Shown here in pieces: positions 48,299 to 58,652 of a stretch of DNA of 64,000 nt. Numbering within the stretch: the first letter of the stretch is position 1; every line of letters begins with the position of its first letter. The translations under genes were made by a program, and so were the position numbers. The notes below the pieces were generated by a model. The model saw nothing but the letters and a program-made list of their open reading frames with translations, was not told the origin of the DNA and did no database searches. The DNA comes from Candidatus Woesearchaeota archaeon (GTDB taxonomy: Archaea > Nanobdellota > Nanobdellia > Woesearchaeales > 0-14-0-80-44-23). Location: assembly GCA_038874135.1 (NCBI GenBank), contig JAVZCZ010000001.1, forward strand, positions 416,001 through 480,000, read 5' to 3'.

Positions 48299-48862
48299 AT
48301 GAGTGCAGTCAAGGAGATAACAATCCTGGGAAGAGGAGGTCAGGGAGCGGTAACTGCTGCAGAGCTTATTGCCAAGGCCGCATTTCATGAGGGCAAGCAG
48401 AGCCAGGCGTTCCCGAGCTTCGGAGTTGAAAGAAGAGGCGCTCCTGTAAGCGCCTTCTGCAGAATTTCTGAAGACAAAATAACATTGAGAAGCCAGATTT
48501 ATGCGCCGGAATATGTCCTGGTATTAGATTCAACACTGCTCTCATCAGTGGATATTCAATCCCTCTCAAAGAAGAAGGGAACTTTAATAGTGAACACTTC
48601 CAAAGAGATAAATGGTGAAATAAAGAGGGAAGGAATAAAAATATTCAGCGCGGACCTGAGCAGCATAGCCAAAGAAACCTTTGGGGCAGACATAGTAAAT
48701 ACTGCAATTGTAGCAGCATTCGCAGCATTCACTAAAGAAATCTCAATAGGTTCAGTTGAAGAGGCATTGCCAGAAATATTTGAAGATAAAAACTTGCTGA
48801 ACAAAAACATTGCAGCTGTCAGAAAGGCGTACAATATCTGTATAAAAATGATGGAAAAATGA
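48299..48862 (+). CDS. porC: Pyruvate/2-ketoisovalerate:ferredoxin oxidoreductase gamma subunit
   Basis: GRGGQGAVTA, FPSFGVERRGAPV motifs. Confidence 0.93.
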   Translation: MSAVKEITILGRGGQGAVTAAELIAKAAFHEGKQSQAFPSFGVERRGAPVSAFCRISEDKITLRSQIYAPEYVLVLDSTLLSSVDIQSLSKKKGTLIVNTSKEINGEIKREGIKIFSADLSSIAKETFGADIVNTAIVAAFAAFTKEISIGSVEEALPEIFEDKNLLNKNIAAVRKAYNICIKMMEK

Positions 48863-49158
48863 GGAGTAGAAAAAAATTTGAAAATAAGAGCGAGATTGAG
48901 TTCACCCCTGGCGCAGTGATAAGAAGCCCTGGATCCACTCTAAATACAAAAACAGGCAGTTGGAGGAGCGAGAGGCCTGTGCTGGACCTTGCAAAATGCA
49001 CAAAGTGCGGACTCTGCTGGACATTCTGCCCTGACGCTGCAATAAGAAAAAACAAGAAAGGCGAGTTTGAAATTAACTACGATTACTGCAAGGGCTGCGG
49101 AATATGCGCCTCCGTATGCCCGGTAAAGGCAATATCCATGAAAAAAGAAGAGAAATGA
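48859..49158 (+). CDS. porD: Pyruvate:ferredoxin oxidoreductase delta subunit, 2[4Fe-4S]
   Basis: KTGSWR..RP, CTKCGLCWTFCP and CKGCGICASVCP. Confidence 0.93.
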   Translation: MRSRKKFENKSEIEFTPGAVIRSPGSTLNTKTGSWRSERPVLDLAKCTKCGLCWTFCPDAAIRKNKKGEFEINYDYCKGCGICASVCPVKAISMKKEEK

Positions 49159-49173
49159 AGAAAGGGTGAAAAA

Positions 49174-49518
49174 ATGAAAAAGGAAATTTTAGACAAGCTT
49201 AAGCAGGATGCAAGGAATGACGAGATTACATTGAAAGAGATACTGGCTGAAGAGAAAAACACTGAAGCTGCAGTTGCCAGATTCTCCCAAAAGCTAAGTG
49301 AGAGGCACGCTTCGGATTTCAGCGGAGTCCTAATGTTAAAATATGACAAAATATCTGGAAAGATACATCTATACGCTGGGGACATCAAAAAGCCAGAATT
49401 AGTAATAGATAAGGAAGACATATTAATAATACCGCATCAGGTTATGCTTTTAAGAGAACGAAGGATAAAGGAGAAGGAGCTAAAAGATTGGGAATATTCC
49501 ACCAAGTCAAAAGTGTAA
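49174..49518 (+). CDS. Hypothetical protein inside the por operon
   Basis: 114 aa, SD GGGTGA, fills the porD-porA gap exactly. Confidence 0.7.
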   Translation: MKKEILDKLKQDARNDEITLKEILAEEKNTEAAVARFSQKLSERHASDFSGVLMLKYDKISGKIHLYAGDIKKPELVIDKEDILIIPHQVMLLRERRIKEKELKDWEYSTKSKV

Positions 49519-49528
49519 GATAAGGGAA

Positions 49529-50674
49529 GTGGGTATGGAAGAAGTAATTGAAGCCAGTGAAGCTGTTGCCAGGGCAGCAGCACTCTGCAAGCCTGCTGTA
49601 ATTCCGATGTATCCAATAACGCCTCAGACGCACATAGTTGAAAAGCTTGCTTCAATGATAAGCAAGGGCGAGTTAGACGCTGAGATGATCCACGCAGAAT
49701 CAGAACACAGCGCACTCAGCGCAGCCATAGGCGCATCTGCAACAGGAGCCAGAGTATTCACTGCAACATCAGCTCAGGGACTGGCGCTCATGCATGAGGT
49801 GCTGTTCATAGCTTCTGGGATGAGGCTCCCAATTGTTATGGCAGTTGCGAACAGGTCCCTCTCAGCCCCAATTAACATTTGGAACGACCAGCAGGACACA
49901 ATTTCCGAAAGGGACTCGGGCTGGGTGCAGCTATATGCTGAATCGGCTCAGGAAGCATTAGACACTACAATTATGGCTTTCAAGATTGCTGAGAGCAAAA
50001 AAGTCCTACTCCCAGTTATGGTTTGCATAGACGGCTTCACACTCTCACATCTTTTTGAACCTGTGGAGATTCCTGAACAGAAGGATGTAAATAGGTTCCT
50101 GCCAGAGTTTAAGCCGGAGGACTTCTTGGATCCTAAGAGTCCTAAGAGCTTCGGGCCGATAGCATTTCCAAACACTTATGCCTGGTTTAGAAAGATGCAG
50201 CAGGAAGCTATGAAGAATGCTGTCCCTGAGATAAAAAGGGTAAATCTTGAATTCAAGAAGAGCTTCGGAAGGGCTTACGGAGATGGCTTGATTGAAGAGT
50301 ATATGATGCAAGATGCAGAATACGCAATAATCGCAATCGGATCTGTGTGCGGAACTATAAGAAGCGTGATAGATGAGATGCGCTCTCGCGGAAAAAGGTA
50401 CGGAATGATAAGGATAAAGTCTCTACGCCCATTCCCGCAAGAGGAGCTTAAAAAATCTGCATCCAGACTTAAAGGCATCTGCGTAATTGACAGAAACCTG
50501 AGCCCCGGATTGGGTGGAGCTGTTGTAAATGAGGTCAGAGCAGTTCTTCCTAACAAGAAGGTGTGCTCAGCAATAGCGGGACTTGGCGGCATGGACATAA
50601 CTCCTGAACACATAAAAGAGGCTTTCCAAATTGCTGAGCGGGGAAGTCAAAAAGAGCATTGGCTGCTCAAGTGA
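49529..50674 (+). CDS. porA: Pyruvate:ferredoxin oxidoreductase alpha subunit
   Basis: YPITPQT, ESEHSA, TATSAQGLALMHE, VANRSLSAP motifs. Confidence 0.95.
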   Translation: MGMEEVIEASEAVARAAALCKPAVIPMYPITPQTHIVEKLASMISKGELDAEMIHAESEHSALSAAIGASATGARVFTATSAQGLALMHEVLFIASGMRLPIVMAVANRSLSAPINIWNDQQDTISERDSGWVQLYAESAQEALDTTIMAFKIAESKKVLLPVMVCIDGFTLSHLFEPVEIPEQKDVNRFLPEFKPEDFLDPKSPKSFGPIAFPNTYAWFRKMQQEAMKNAVPEIKRVNLEFKKSFGRAYGDGLIEEYMMQDAEYAIIAIGSVCGTIRSVIDEMRSRGKRYGMIRIKSLRPFPQEELKKSASRLKGICVIDRNLSPGLGGAVVNEVRAVLPNKKVCSAIAGLGGMDITPEHIKEAFQIAERGSQKEHWLLK

Positions 50675-50678
50675 AAAA

Positions 50679-50921
50679 ATGAGACACATAAAACATCACA
50701 TATTAAAAGATGAACAACTAACGAGCAGATGCTTTTACTGCAATGAAAAAATTACAAAGGAAAAATGGAAATCTGAATTTGAATCATACTTCCACTACAA
50801 GGTTGCAGAATGCCCAAAATGTAACAAGACAAACAGAATAAGAGTAAGGTTTTACGGCTCTGGACACGACAAGTGGGCTGATGGTCTTGAAGAAAGATTG
50901 GTAGCAAGTGAGAAAAAATGA
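50679..50921 (+). CDS. Small zinc-ribbon protein inside the por operon
   Basis: Likely start ATG at 50679; CFYC...CPKC and GSGHD; 4-bp overlap with porB. Confidence 0.65.
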   Translation: MRHIKHHILKDEQLTSRCFYCNEKITKEKWKSEFESYFHYKVAECPKCNKTNRIRVRFYGSGHDKWADGLEERLVASEKK

Positions 50922-51823
50922 TAATGGGACTTGAGGAAGAGGAATATTTTGCATCTGGGCATAGAGCCTGCGCTGGCTGTGGCGCTGCAATAATACTTAG
51001 ACACGCCTTAAAAGCTGCTGGGCCAAACACTATAGTGGTGAGTGCCACTGGCTGCATGGAGGTTGTGAGCTCTCCATATCCTGAAACTGCTTGGAAGCTG
51101 CCGTGGATACATGTTGCCTTTGAAAATGCCGCTGCAGTCGCTTCCGGCATTGACTCCGCACTTAGAAAGATGAACAGGAGGGAAGGAATAAACATCTTAG
51201 TAATTGGCGGAGACGGGGGTACTTTTGACATAGGGCTTCAGGCATTAAGCGGCGCTGCTGAGAGGGGCCACAAGTTCACATACCTTTGCTATGACAACGA
51301 GGCGTACATGAACACTGGAATTCAGAGGAGTGGTGCAACTCCGAGGTTTGCATCAACCACTACGAGCCCGTACGGCTCAAAGATACACGGAAAAACCCAG
51401 AATGCTAAAGATATGCCATTCATAATGGCTGCTCACGGCTCATATGTCGCTACTGCCAACATTTCAGAATTTATAGATTTTAGGAACAAGCTTAAGAAAT
51501 CATTCTCAAAAGACGGAGTAAGTTATATTCAGATATTCTCACCTTGCCCTCCCGGCTGGAAGAGCCCTAGTGATAGTGCAGTTGAGATTTCTAAAATTGC
51601 CTTCTCAGCTAAGGTCACACCTCTTTATGAGATTGAAAACGGCGTGGTCAGGATTACAAGGGAGCCGGCGCTCACCCTTCCTGTTTCAGAATACCTAAAA
51701 AGGCAGGGAAGATTTGCACATCTAAGCGCTGAAGAAGCTGCAGAGGTTCAGAAAAGTGTTGATTCATATTATGAGAGAATAAAGAAGCTTTCAGAATCTG
51801 GAATTAAAATATTCAATTATTAG
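50918..51823 (+). CDS. porB: Pyruvate:ferredoxin oxidoreductase beta subunit
   Basis: GHRACAGCG, ATGC, GGDGGT..DNEAYMNTGIQRS (TPP-binding), SPCPPGW. Confidence 0.95.
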   Translation: MIMGLEEEEYFASGHRACAGCGAAIILRHALKAAGPNTIVVSATGCMEVVSSPYPETAWKLPWIHVAFENAAAVASGIDSALRKMNRREGINILVIGGDGGTFDIGLQALSGAAERGHKFTYLCYDNEAYMNTGIQRSGATPRFASTTTSPYGSKIHGKTQNAKDMPFIMAAHGSYVATANISEFIDFRNKLKKSFSKDGVSYIQIFSPCPPGWKSPSDSAVEISKIAFSAKVTPLYEIENGVVRITREPALTLPVSEYLKRQGRFAHLSAEEAAEVQKSVDSYYERIKKLSESGIKIFNY

Positions 51824-52515
51824 GAAATCGTGGTACCTTCAAACTCTTTCCCAAGAATAGCCCTCTTAATATTGGAAGCTCTTGTTCCAACTATGTTAAC
51901 TACAATTTTGTGCTTCTCACAATTTAAACTTGCCACTGGATCAAAAGGCATGTTCATTCCTGGAACCCACTTACTTCCAACCAGCTTTCTAAATTCCTTC
52001 CAGGAGACATATTTCAGCGGCTTAGCATCTTTAAACCTGCTGGGATCCTTATCGTAAACATAATCTATGTTGCTCACATTAATTATCTTCCTAACTCGGA
52101 AGCGCATTGCCCATAGAAAAGCGTCATAATCAGTACTGCATCCTGGCTTGTATCCAGCTGCTATCAGGAGCCTGTGCTCGCCACTTATCCTGCTGTTTGG
52201 GTCTGTAAGGATTTCTTCATAAGCACTTCTTCCGAATATGGTTTTAACAAGCTGAGCATTCAGTTTAGTTGCCATTATTCCAATCAGGTCTTCTTCCTCT
52301 TTGCTTACGCGAGAAACTTTGGCAGCTGAGCTCATATACTTCCTAGCAGTACTTCCTCCCCCGCAGACAATCAGTATTTTTTTTCCAAGTCGGATGCACT
52401 CCAGGATGACTCTGCGAAAATTTTTCAGAAAATCAACATTTATTTCATTAGGAACTATCACAGAGCCGCCTAGAGAGATTATGACTGTTTGCAAGCCAGC
52501 TGTTTTTGCCTTCAT
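51820..52515 (-). CDS. pyrH: UMP kinase (archaeal type)
   Basis: ISLGGSV, VCGGGSTAR, PGCSTDYDA, VYDKDP, PFDPVA motifs. Confidence 0.93.
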   Translation of the reverse strand: MKAKTAGLQTVIISLGGSVIVPNEINVDFLKNFRRVILECIRLGKKILIVCGGGSTARKYMSSAAKVSRVSKEEEDLIGIMATKLNAQLVKTIFGRSAYEEILTDPNSRISGEHRLLIAAGYKPGCSTDYDAFLWAMRFRVRKIINVSNIDYVYDKDPSRFKDAKPLKYVSWKEFRKLVGSKWVPGMNMPFDPVASLNCEKHKIVVNIVGTRASNIKRAILGKEFEGTTIS

Positions 52516-52536
52516 TTTCTAACCCTCCGCTAACAT

Positions 52537-52878
52537 TTACGAAATACTTATCAGCAGCACTCCTAAAATTATTGACGAGATTGAAGCATATTTCCAAAAA
52601 TTCATTCTCTCACCGAGAACCTTAACAGAGAGCAGTGCAGTCCAGACATAAGAAAGGGAAGTTATAGGATAGAGTACTGAGAGTGGTGCATTTTTAAGAG
52701 CAATGAGAAAGGGAATTGTGGATATTCCGTAAAGCATCACCCCTAACAAGAGCTTCCAATTTTTCAGAAAGTCCCTAAGCCCAAAGGTAATTGAAGAAGA
52801 ACCGAGCTTAAGCATGAGCGCTCCGAAAGAGCCTATAATCGTGCCAAAAACAACTAACAGTATTGGAACTATCAGCAT
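52537..52878 (-). CDS. Small DMT/EamA-like (ArnE/F-type) membrane transporter
   Basis: 4 TM helices, PLSVLYPITSLSYVW motif. Confidence 0.85.
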   Translation of the reverse strand: MLIVPILLVVFGTIIGSFGALMLKLGSSSITFGLRDFLKNWKLLLGVMLYGISTIPFLIALKNAPLSVLYPITSLSYVWTALLSVKVLGERMNFWKYASISSIILGVLLISIS

Positions 52879-53357
52879 TTCCTTCTCACCTTCAGATTTA
52901 AACGCCTGTCTCTCCAGCTTACATTTTTACTGCTTCCAAAGCCCATAAGAACAACCCCTAATATTATAAGAGAAATGCCAACCAATCTCCATCTGCCTAT
53001 TACATCTCCAAACAATTTGGAAGAGAGGATACTCACCCACACGAAACCAGTAGAAATTACAGGATAAACCACGGAGAGCTCCCCATACCTCAATGCAGTA
53101 ATGAGAAGTGCTGCACCAATAAAATAGGAAATAAAACCTAAGATGAGGGGAACATTTCCTAAGATGAGCAGTATGTTTGCAGAAAGATTAGAAGCCGCCA
53201 TCTTGTAAAGAATTTGGCCTGCTGATGTAAAGAATGTGCAGAGTATAACAAAGAGGAGCGCCTTAAGCTGACTTGTTTTTTCGCGTCCTTCAAGCTTTTT
53301 TCTCAACGCAATCCTCCCGAAAAGAATTTTACACATGACTTTATATAATTTTCCCAA
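52872..53357 (-). CDS. Small DMT/EamA-like (ArnE/F-type) membrane transporter, partner; start uncertain
   Basis: 4 TM helices, AGQILYK and GELSVVYPVIS motifs. Confidence 0.82.
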   Translation of the reverse strand: MGKLYKVMCKILFGRIALRKKLEGREKTSQLKALLFVILCTFFTSAGQILYKMAASNLSANILLILGNVPLILGFISYFIGAALLITALRYGELSVVYPVISTGFVWVSILSSKLFGDVIGRWRLVGISLIILGVVLMGFGSSKNVSWRDRRLNLKVRRKC

Positions 53358-53427
53358 TGGCTAAACTCATACTGACAGAAAACTTTTTAATAGTTGCATA
53401 ACAGAGTATTGAAAAAGAGGTGGTGGA

Positions 53428-56124
53428 GTGCAAGACTTCTCCTACGCACAGAAGACTGAAGAGGTGCTCTCTCAGCTCAACACTCGCACTTCGGGACTGA
53501 GCATTGCAGAAGCAAAGGAACGGCTAAAATCTGGAAGAAATGTATTAGAAGAGGAAAAGCGGAGAAGCAGACTTAGCATATTCTTAGAACAATTTAAAGA
53601 TGTAATAATAATAATCCTTGTGATAGCAGTTGTAATCTCATTTCTCCTGGGAGAGTATGTTGATGCTGCTGCAATTCTAATAATACTTCTCCTAAATGCA
53701 ACAGTGGGATTCATACAGGAATACAGAGCTGAGAAGGCAATTGCAGAGCTCAAAAAGATGGCTAGCAAGAAGGCACTCGTGATAAGAGAAGGTAAAAAGA
53801 TGGAGATTGAAGCAGCAGAGCTCGTGCCTGGAGACATAATAATGTTAGAGCCCGGAATGATTGTTCCAGCAGATGCTAGGCTGATTGAAGCAGTAAACCT
53901 GGAAACTCAGGAAGCTTCCCTCACTGGAGAATCAATGCCTGTGCGGAAAACAACAGAGCCTCTGCCGGAATCCACACCTTTAGCAGAGCGAAATAACATG
54001 GTATATGCTTCAACTATCGTTACGAGAGGTAGAGGAATAGCAGCAGTAACTTCCACTGGAATGAAAACTGAAGTTGGCAAAATAGCTAGTCTCATCCAAA
54101 ATCCGGATGAGGACATTACACCCCTTCAAAAGAAACTGAAAAAGCTAGGAGTACAACTTAGCTATATCGTACTGATAATATGCTGCTTCGTGCTCATCGC
54201 GCAGCTTTTGAAAGATTCTGAGCTGATTAGACTGCTTCTAAATCTTGACTTAGCCATATTTACTAAACCGGCATTTGTTCAACTGCTGATAAATTCCGTT
54301 GCATTAGCAGTTGCAGTGCTGCCAGAGGGGCTTCCCGCAATAGTTACAATATCCCTAGCCTTGGGAGTTCAAAGGATGGTTAAGAGGAATGCTCTCATAA
54401 GAAAGCTTCCTGCAGTAGAAACTCTTGGATGCGTGAATGTAATATGCACTGACAAGACAGGCACTCTGACCTGCAATGAGATGACGGTTAAGAAGATTTT
54501 TGTAGATGGGAAAGTTGCTGAGGTTTCAGGAGAGGGATACTCCACAGCTGGGAAGATTTCTGAAAGTAGCAAAGACACTCAGCTTTTATTAAAAATAGGA
54601 GTATTATGTAATGATGCCGACATTGAAAACGGAATAAACGGAGATCCTACTGAAATTGCGCTCCTGGTAAGTGGAGCAAAGCTCGGACTGTCCAAAAGAG
54701 AACTCAGCAGAGAGCTTCCAAGAGTTGGTGAAATTCCGTTTGAATCTGAAAGGAAGTTGATGAGCACAATTCATTTGGATTCAAAGAGGAAGATGCTTCT
54801 ATCCTGCGTTAAGGGATCTCCTGAAGTGCTACTGAGAAGATGCTCAAAGATAATGATTAACGGCAAAGCTGTAAGGCTCACAAAGAAGCATAGGGAACAG
54901 ATTATAAAAACAAATGAAGAGTTCGGCTCCCAAGCGCTTAGAGTTTTAGGATTTGCATTCAGAGAGTTCAAGGGAAATAAGCTCAGCGAGAAAATCAGAA
55001 AAAATGCTGAATCCGAGCTTACCTTTGTTGGGCTGCAGGCAATGATTGACCCGCCCAGGCCTGAAGTCCAATCCGCTATTGAGAAGTGCAAGAGTGCAGG
55101 CATAAGAGTAGTTATGATTACTGGAGATCAGAAGCATACTGCAGAGGCGATAGCTAAGCAGCTGGGAATTGAATCAGAAGGCGTTGTGACTGGGGAGGAG
55201 CTAGATTCAACTGATTCAATTGAATCAATAGTGGATAGGGTTTCTGTTTATGCAAGAGTTAGTCCGGAACACAAGATAAAAATTGTTGAAGCTCTGAAAA
55301 AGAAGAATATGGTTGTAGCAATGACGGGTGACGGCATAAATGATGCTCCTGCACTCAAAAAGGCAGATATTGGGATTGCGATGGGCGTCACCGGAACTGA
55401 TGTGGCTAAGGAAGCTTCAGATATGATTTTAACAGATGACAACTTTACTTCAATAGTTAATGCTGTTGAAGAGGGAAGAATCATATACAGCAACATAAAA
55501 AAGTTTGTAAGGTTCCTTCTTTCAAGCAACATGGGTGAAGTTATGATTATTTTCTTTGCTGTGCTATTTGGACTTCCTCTTCCACTGGTTGCTGTTCAGA
55601 TATTATGGATAAATTTGGCTACGGATGGGCTCCCGGCAATAGCTCTGGGTGTTGAGCCTCCTGAAAGGGACATTATGAAGAAAAGTCCGAGGAAGATTGA
55701 TGAAGAGATAATTAACAGAAAAGATATGATTATAATGCTGCTCATAAGTTTTGTTATGAGCATTGAGACCCTTTTGGTATTTAGAAGTTACCTGCCCGAT
55801 CTGCCTATGGCAAGGACAGCTGCATTCACTATGGTTGTAATGCTGGAAATGTTTAATGTGCTTAATTGTAAAAATCTTGAAACTCCACTTTTTAAAGGGG
55901 GCGCATTCTCAAACAAGTACCTCATATATGCGATACTAAGCTCAGTGGGAATCCACTTGATAATACTTTATACCCCGCTTAGCAAGATTTTTGATGTGGT
56001 GCCACTTTCATTTACCGAATTAGCAAAGATAATCCTGATATCCTCTTCAATATTATTAATTGGCGACCTTATTAAGATAGTTATTTCAAAGTGGCAGGCG
56101 AGAGAAAGCGGCATTAAGAATTAA
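53428..56124 (+). CDS. P-type ATPase, type IIA (Ca2+-transporting-like)
   Basis: LTGES, PEGLP, DKTGTLT, KGSPE, DPPR, TGDGINDAPAL, INLATDGLPA motifs. Confidence 0.95.
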   Translation: MQDFSYAQKTEEVLSQLNTRTSGLSIAEAKERLKSGRNVLEEEKRRSRLSIFLEQFKDVIIIILVIAVVISFLLGEYVDAAAILIILLLNATVGFIQEYRAEKAIAELKKMASKKALVIREGKKMEIEAAELVPGDIIMLEPGMIVPADARLIEAVNLETQEASLTGESMPVRKTTEPLPESTPLAERNNMVYASTIVTRGRGIAAVTSTGMKTEVGKIASLIQNPDEDITPLQKKLKKLGVQLSYIVLIICCFVLIAQLLKDSELIRLLLNLDLAIFTKPAFVQLLINSVALAVAVLPEGLPAIVTISLALGVQRMVKRNALIRKLPAVETLGCVNVICTDKTGTLTCNEMTVKKIFVDGKVAEVSGEGYSTAGKISESSKDTQLLLKIGVLCNDADIENGINGDPTEIALLVSGAKLGLSKRELSRELPRVGEIPFESERKLMSTIHLDSKRKMLLSCVKGSPEVLLRRCSKIMINGKAVRLTKKHREQIIKTNEEFGSQALRVLGFAFREFKGNKLSEKIRKNAESELTFVGLQAMIDPPRPEVQSAIEKCKSAGIRVVMITGDQKHTAEAIAKQLGIESEGVVTGEELDSTDSIESIVDRVSVYARVSPEHKIKIVEALKKKNMVVAMTGDGINDAPALKKADIGIAMGVTGTDVAKEASDMILTDDNFTSIVNAVEEGRIIYSNIKKFVRFLLSSNMGEVMIIFFAVLFGLPLPLVAVQILWINLATDGLPAIALGVEPPERDIMKKSPRKIDEEIINRKDMIIMLLISFVMSIETLLVFRSYLPDLPMARTAAFTMVVMLEMFNVLNCKNLETPLFKGGAFSNKYLIYAILSSVGIHLIILYTPLSKIFDVVPLSFTELAKIILISSSILLIGDLIKIVISKWQARESGIKN

Positions 56125-56870
56125 AGCTCTTCATATCTTTTTATTATCTCATCTATTCTCTTGAGAATGAGCACCCTGCCTGAGTTTAATGCCTCTTCAA
56201 TTCCTTCAGTATTGGCATCGTATCTCCATCCGCCGTTCGGGATGTAAATTGACTTTATTCCTGCTTCAAAGGCGGGCTTTATGTCAGATCTGAAATAGTT
56301 GCCAACGCTGTATGCTTTATCCTTATTTGTGATATCATATTTTTTGATTATTGAGAGTAAAAGGGAAGGGCTCTTATCTACTTCACTGACAAATATATCC
56401 TCTTCTGAGAACCAGCGATTGAGTCCGCATATTTCAATCTTACTCATCTGAAAATTTTTCTCCCCTTTTGTAAGAAGTGCCAATTTATCATGCCTGCTTA
56501 CTAGAAATTCAAGCGTCTCATAAGCTCCCTCAATAGTGTCTTGTGGAAGAACATTAAAAGTTGCTTTAGTTACTATCTCAGCAAGGTTGTCCAAATCGCG
56601 CTGTTTATACTGAACGCCTTGCTCCTGGCATATGAGTCCAAAAGCATAGCATATTGATTTGGGAAACCTTTCAATTGAGTAGGGCTTATCTGAATGTTTT
56701 ATGGCATCTTCATCAATTTTGTGTATATATCCTAAAAGTCTATCTAAGTGTATTGCTCTTTTTCCAAGAAAGTTAGTTATAAAACATATTGCTTCTGCAT
56801 ATCCTCTAATATATTTGTAGTCGGTATGTATTAAAGTGTCGTCAAGGTCAAATATGAAAAGCTTATCCAT
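56121..56870 (-). CDS. HAD-superfamily hydrolase
   Basis: FDLDDTL, LLTKG, VGNYFRSDI motifs. Confidence 0.88.
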   Translation of the reverse strand: MDKLFIFDLDDTLIHTDYKYIRGYAEAICFITNFLGKRAIHLDRLLGYIHKIDEDAIKHSDKPYSIERFPKSICYAFGLICQEQGVQYKQRDLDNLAEIVTKATFNVLPQDTIEGAYETLEFLVSRHDKLALLTKGEKNFQMSKIEICGLNRWFSEEDIFVSEVDKSPSLLLSIIKKYDITNKDKAYSVGNYFRSDIKPAFEAGIKSIYIPNGGWRYDANTEGIEEALNSGRVLILKRIDEIIKRYEEL

Positions 56871-56967
56871 TTTTAATCAGTTAAAAAAATTGATATATAA
56901 ATGTTATCTTTTTTTAATAGTAAAAAATTTAAATATGGTTAAGTTAAAATAAAAATCAGGTGAGCTA

Positions 56968-58593
56968 ATGCAAAACAATGATGAAATTCTAAAAACACTA
57001 GAAGAAAACATAGAAAAATGGATGAGTATTTCTGAAAAGAGAAACCTGTTCGGAAATGAGGTGCTCATAAAGCCTGCTTACATTGGAATAAATCACTTAT
57101 TCGTCCGCACATTTGATGTAGAATATAAGAATGGAGTGCAGTATGAAGAAGTTTGGGATGATACAGATTCATATTTGGGAATAAGGGTTCTATCAGGAGA
57201 TCCAGAAACTGGATTTGGAAGCGGTTTTGACGCAAACATGGTTGGAAAAGAGCTGAATGCTCTTCATATAAAAAATGTTGGAGATAAAATGTTCAGAAAG
57301 CTCTTTTACGAAAGTGTAGGAGCTTATTTTAGAGGGCACGAGCACATGTCTTATAAGAAGCTTCCTGTAATAAACAATGTTAGGTATAATCCCAAGTTAT
57401 GTTACATTGGAAAGATGGAAAGAAATGAGTACATTGAAGAGATAGTTGAAAGTGAATATAACAAGGACAGAATAATCAAATTTGCAAAAAGAATAAGTGA
57501 GTATTTCAGTCAAAAAAAGTTTGTAAACACTGCGACAGTAAATTATGAGATAAAAGAAGAAGTTAAGAGGTTCATTTCTTCAGAAGGCTCAAGGATACAG
57601 ATTACTGGCAGAAGAATGAGATTGAACTTCACTTTAGAAATTAAAGACATTGACGGCAGACCAATTGAGTTCTTCACCGCAATAACTTTCTCAAAGCCGG
57701 GAGAAATGGTTAACTTTAACAGAATAATTAACAAGCTTGAAGAGTTTTATACAAAGGCGGCTGCAAGGTATGACTGCCCAATCCAGGAGGCTGGCTCTTA
57801 TCCTGTACTGCTGGACCCCGCTCAGATGGGCACTCTATTCCATGAGGCAGCTGTAGCTCATCTGTTCTCTGCAGATTACATACTGAACGAAAATCTGAGC
57901 ACATTCAATCTGGAAAAGCTCAACAGGCAGATAATGCCAGAATTCATATCCTTGTATGACAATCCAATCTTAGAAAGCGCTAAGCATTGGAACTATTTCA
58001 AGTATGATGACGAGGGAGTTGCAACTTCTAGAAAGCAGCTAGTAGAAAACGGAGTTCTTAAGAATTATCTCACTGACATAAACACTGCTGAAATACTTAC
58101 CAAGATTTTGGGCAGAGAAGTGAAAGCAGGGAATAGCCGTCTTAGTCTCAAAGAGTTCACTAAACCTGAACCGAGAATAAGCAACTTGGAGATAGAAACT
58201 TCTGATTACAAAAGTTTGAAAGAAATGGAAAAAAGTCTTATAAGAGAGTGCGAAGCAAAAAACTTGGAGTACGGCATATTCGCAGAAGATTTCATAAGGG
58301 GATTTGTAAATGTAGATGAAGACGAAGAGATAACAGGAGTTAATGCTGTATTTCCAACCTTCATGGAAAGAGTATACCCTGATGGAAGAAGGATTCCAAT
58401 CAAGTTCGCTCACATCATAGGATCTCCGCACAATATGCTTCAGTCAATAATAATGCTTGGAGGTCCAAAGAAGCTAATAACTGGCTTCTGCGGAGCAGAA
58501 TCTGGAGTAATTCCTACTTCAGAAGTTTCTCCATACGGGCTTATGAGAAATGTTGAAATCGTGAACGAGAACTCAGATATTGAGAGAGGGTAA
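56968..58593 (+). CDS. tldD: TldD/PmbA-family metallopeptidase
   Basis: GTLFHEAAVAH, YDDEGV, LVENGVLKNYL, PRISNL, GFCGAESG motifs. Confidence 0.85.
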   Translation: MQNNDEILKTLEENIEKWMSISEKRNLFGNEVLIKPAYIGINHLFVRTFDVEYKNGVQYEEVWDDTDSYLGIRVLSGDPETGFGSGFDANMVGKELNALHIKNVGDKMFRKLFYESVGAYFRGHEHMSYKKLPVINNVRYNPKLCYIGKMERNEYIEEIVESEYNKDRIIKFAKRISEYFSQKKFVNTATVNYEIKEEVKRFISSEGSRIQITGRRMRLNFTLEIKDIDGRPIEFFTAITFSKPGEMVNFNRIINKLEEFYTKAAARYDCPIQEAGSYPVLLDPAQMGTLFHEAAVAHLFSADYILNENLSTFNLEKLNRQIMPEFISLYDNPILESAKHWNYFKYDDEGVATSRKQLVENGVLKNYLTDINTAEILTKILGREVKAGNSRLSLKEFTKPEPRISNLEIETSDYKSLKEMEKSLIRECEAKNLEYGIFAEDFIRGFVNVDEDEEITGVNAVFPTFMERVYPDGRRIPIKFAHIIGSPHNMLQSIIMLGGPKKLITGFCGAESGVIPTSEVSPYGLMRNVEIVNENSDIERG

Positions 58594-58652
58594 AAAACAG
58601 GTTTGTCAGGCGGCAAAGCTTTATAAATTTTAGAATAAAACATTCATCTAAA

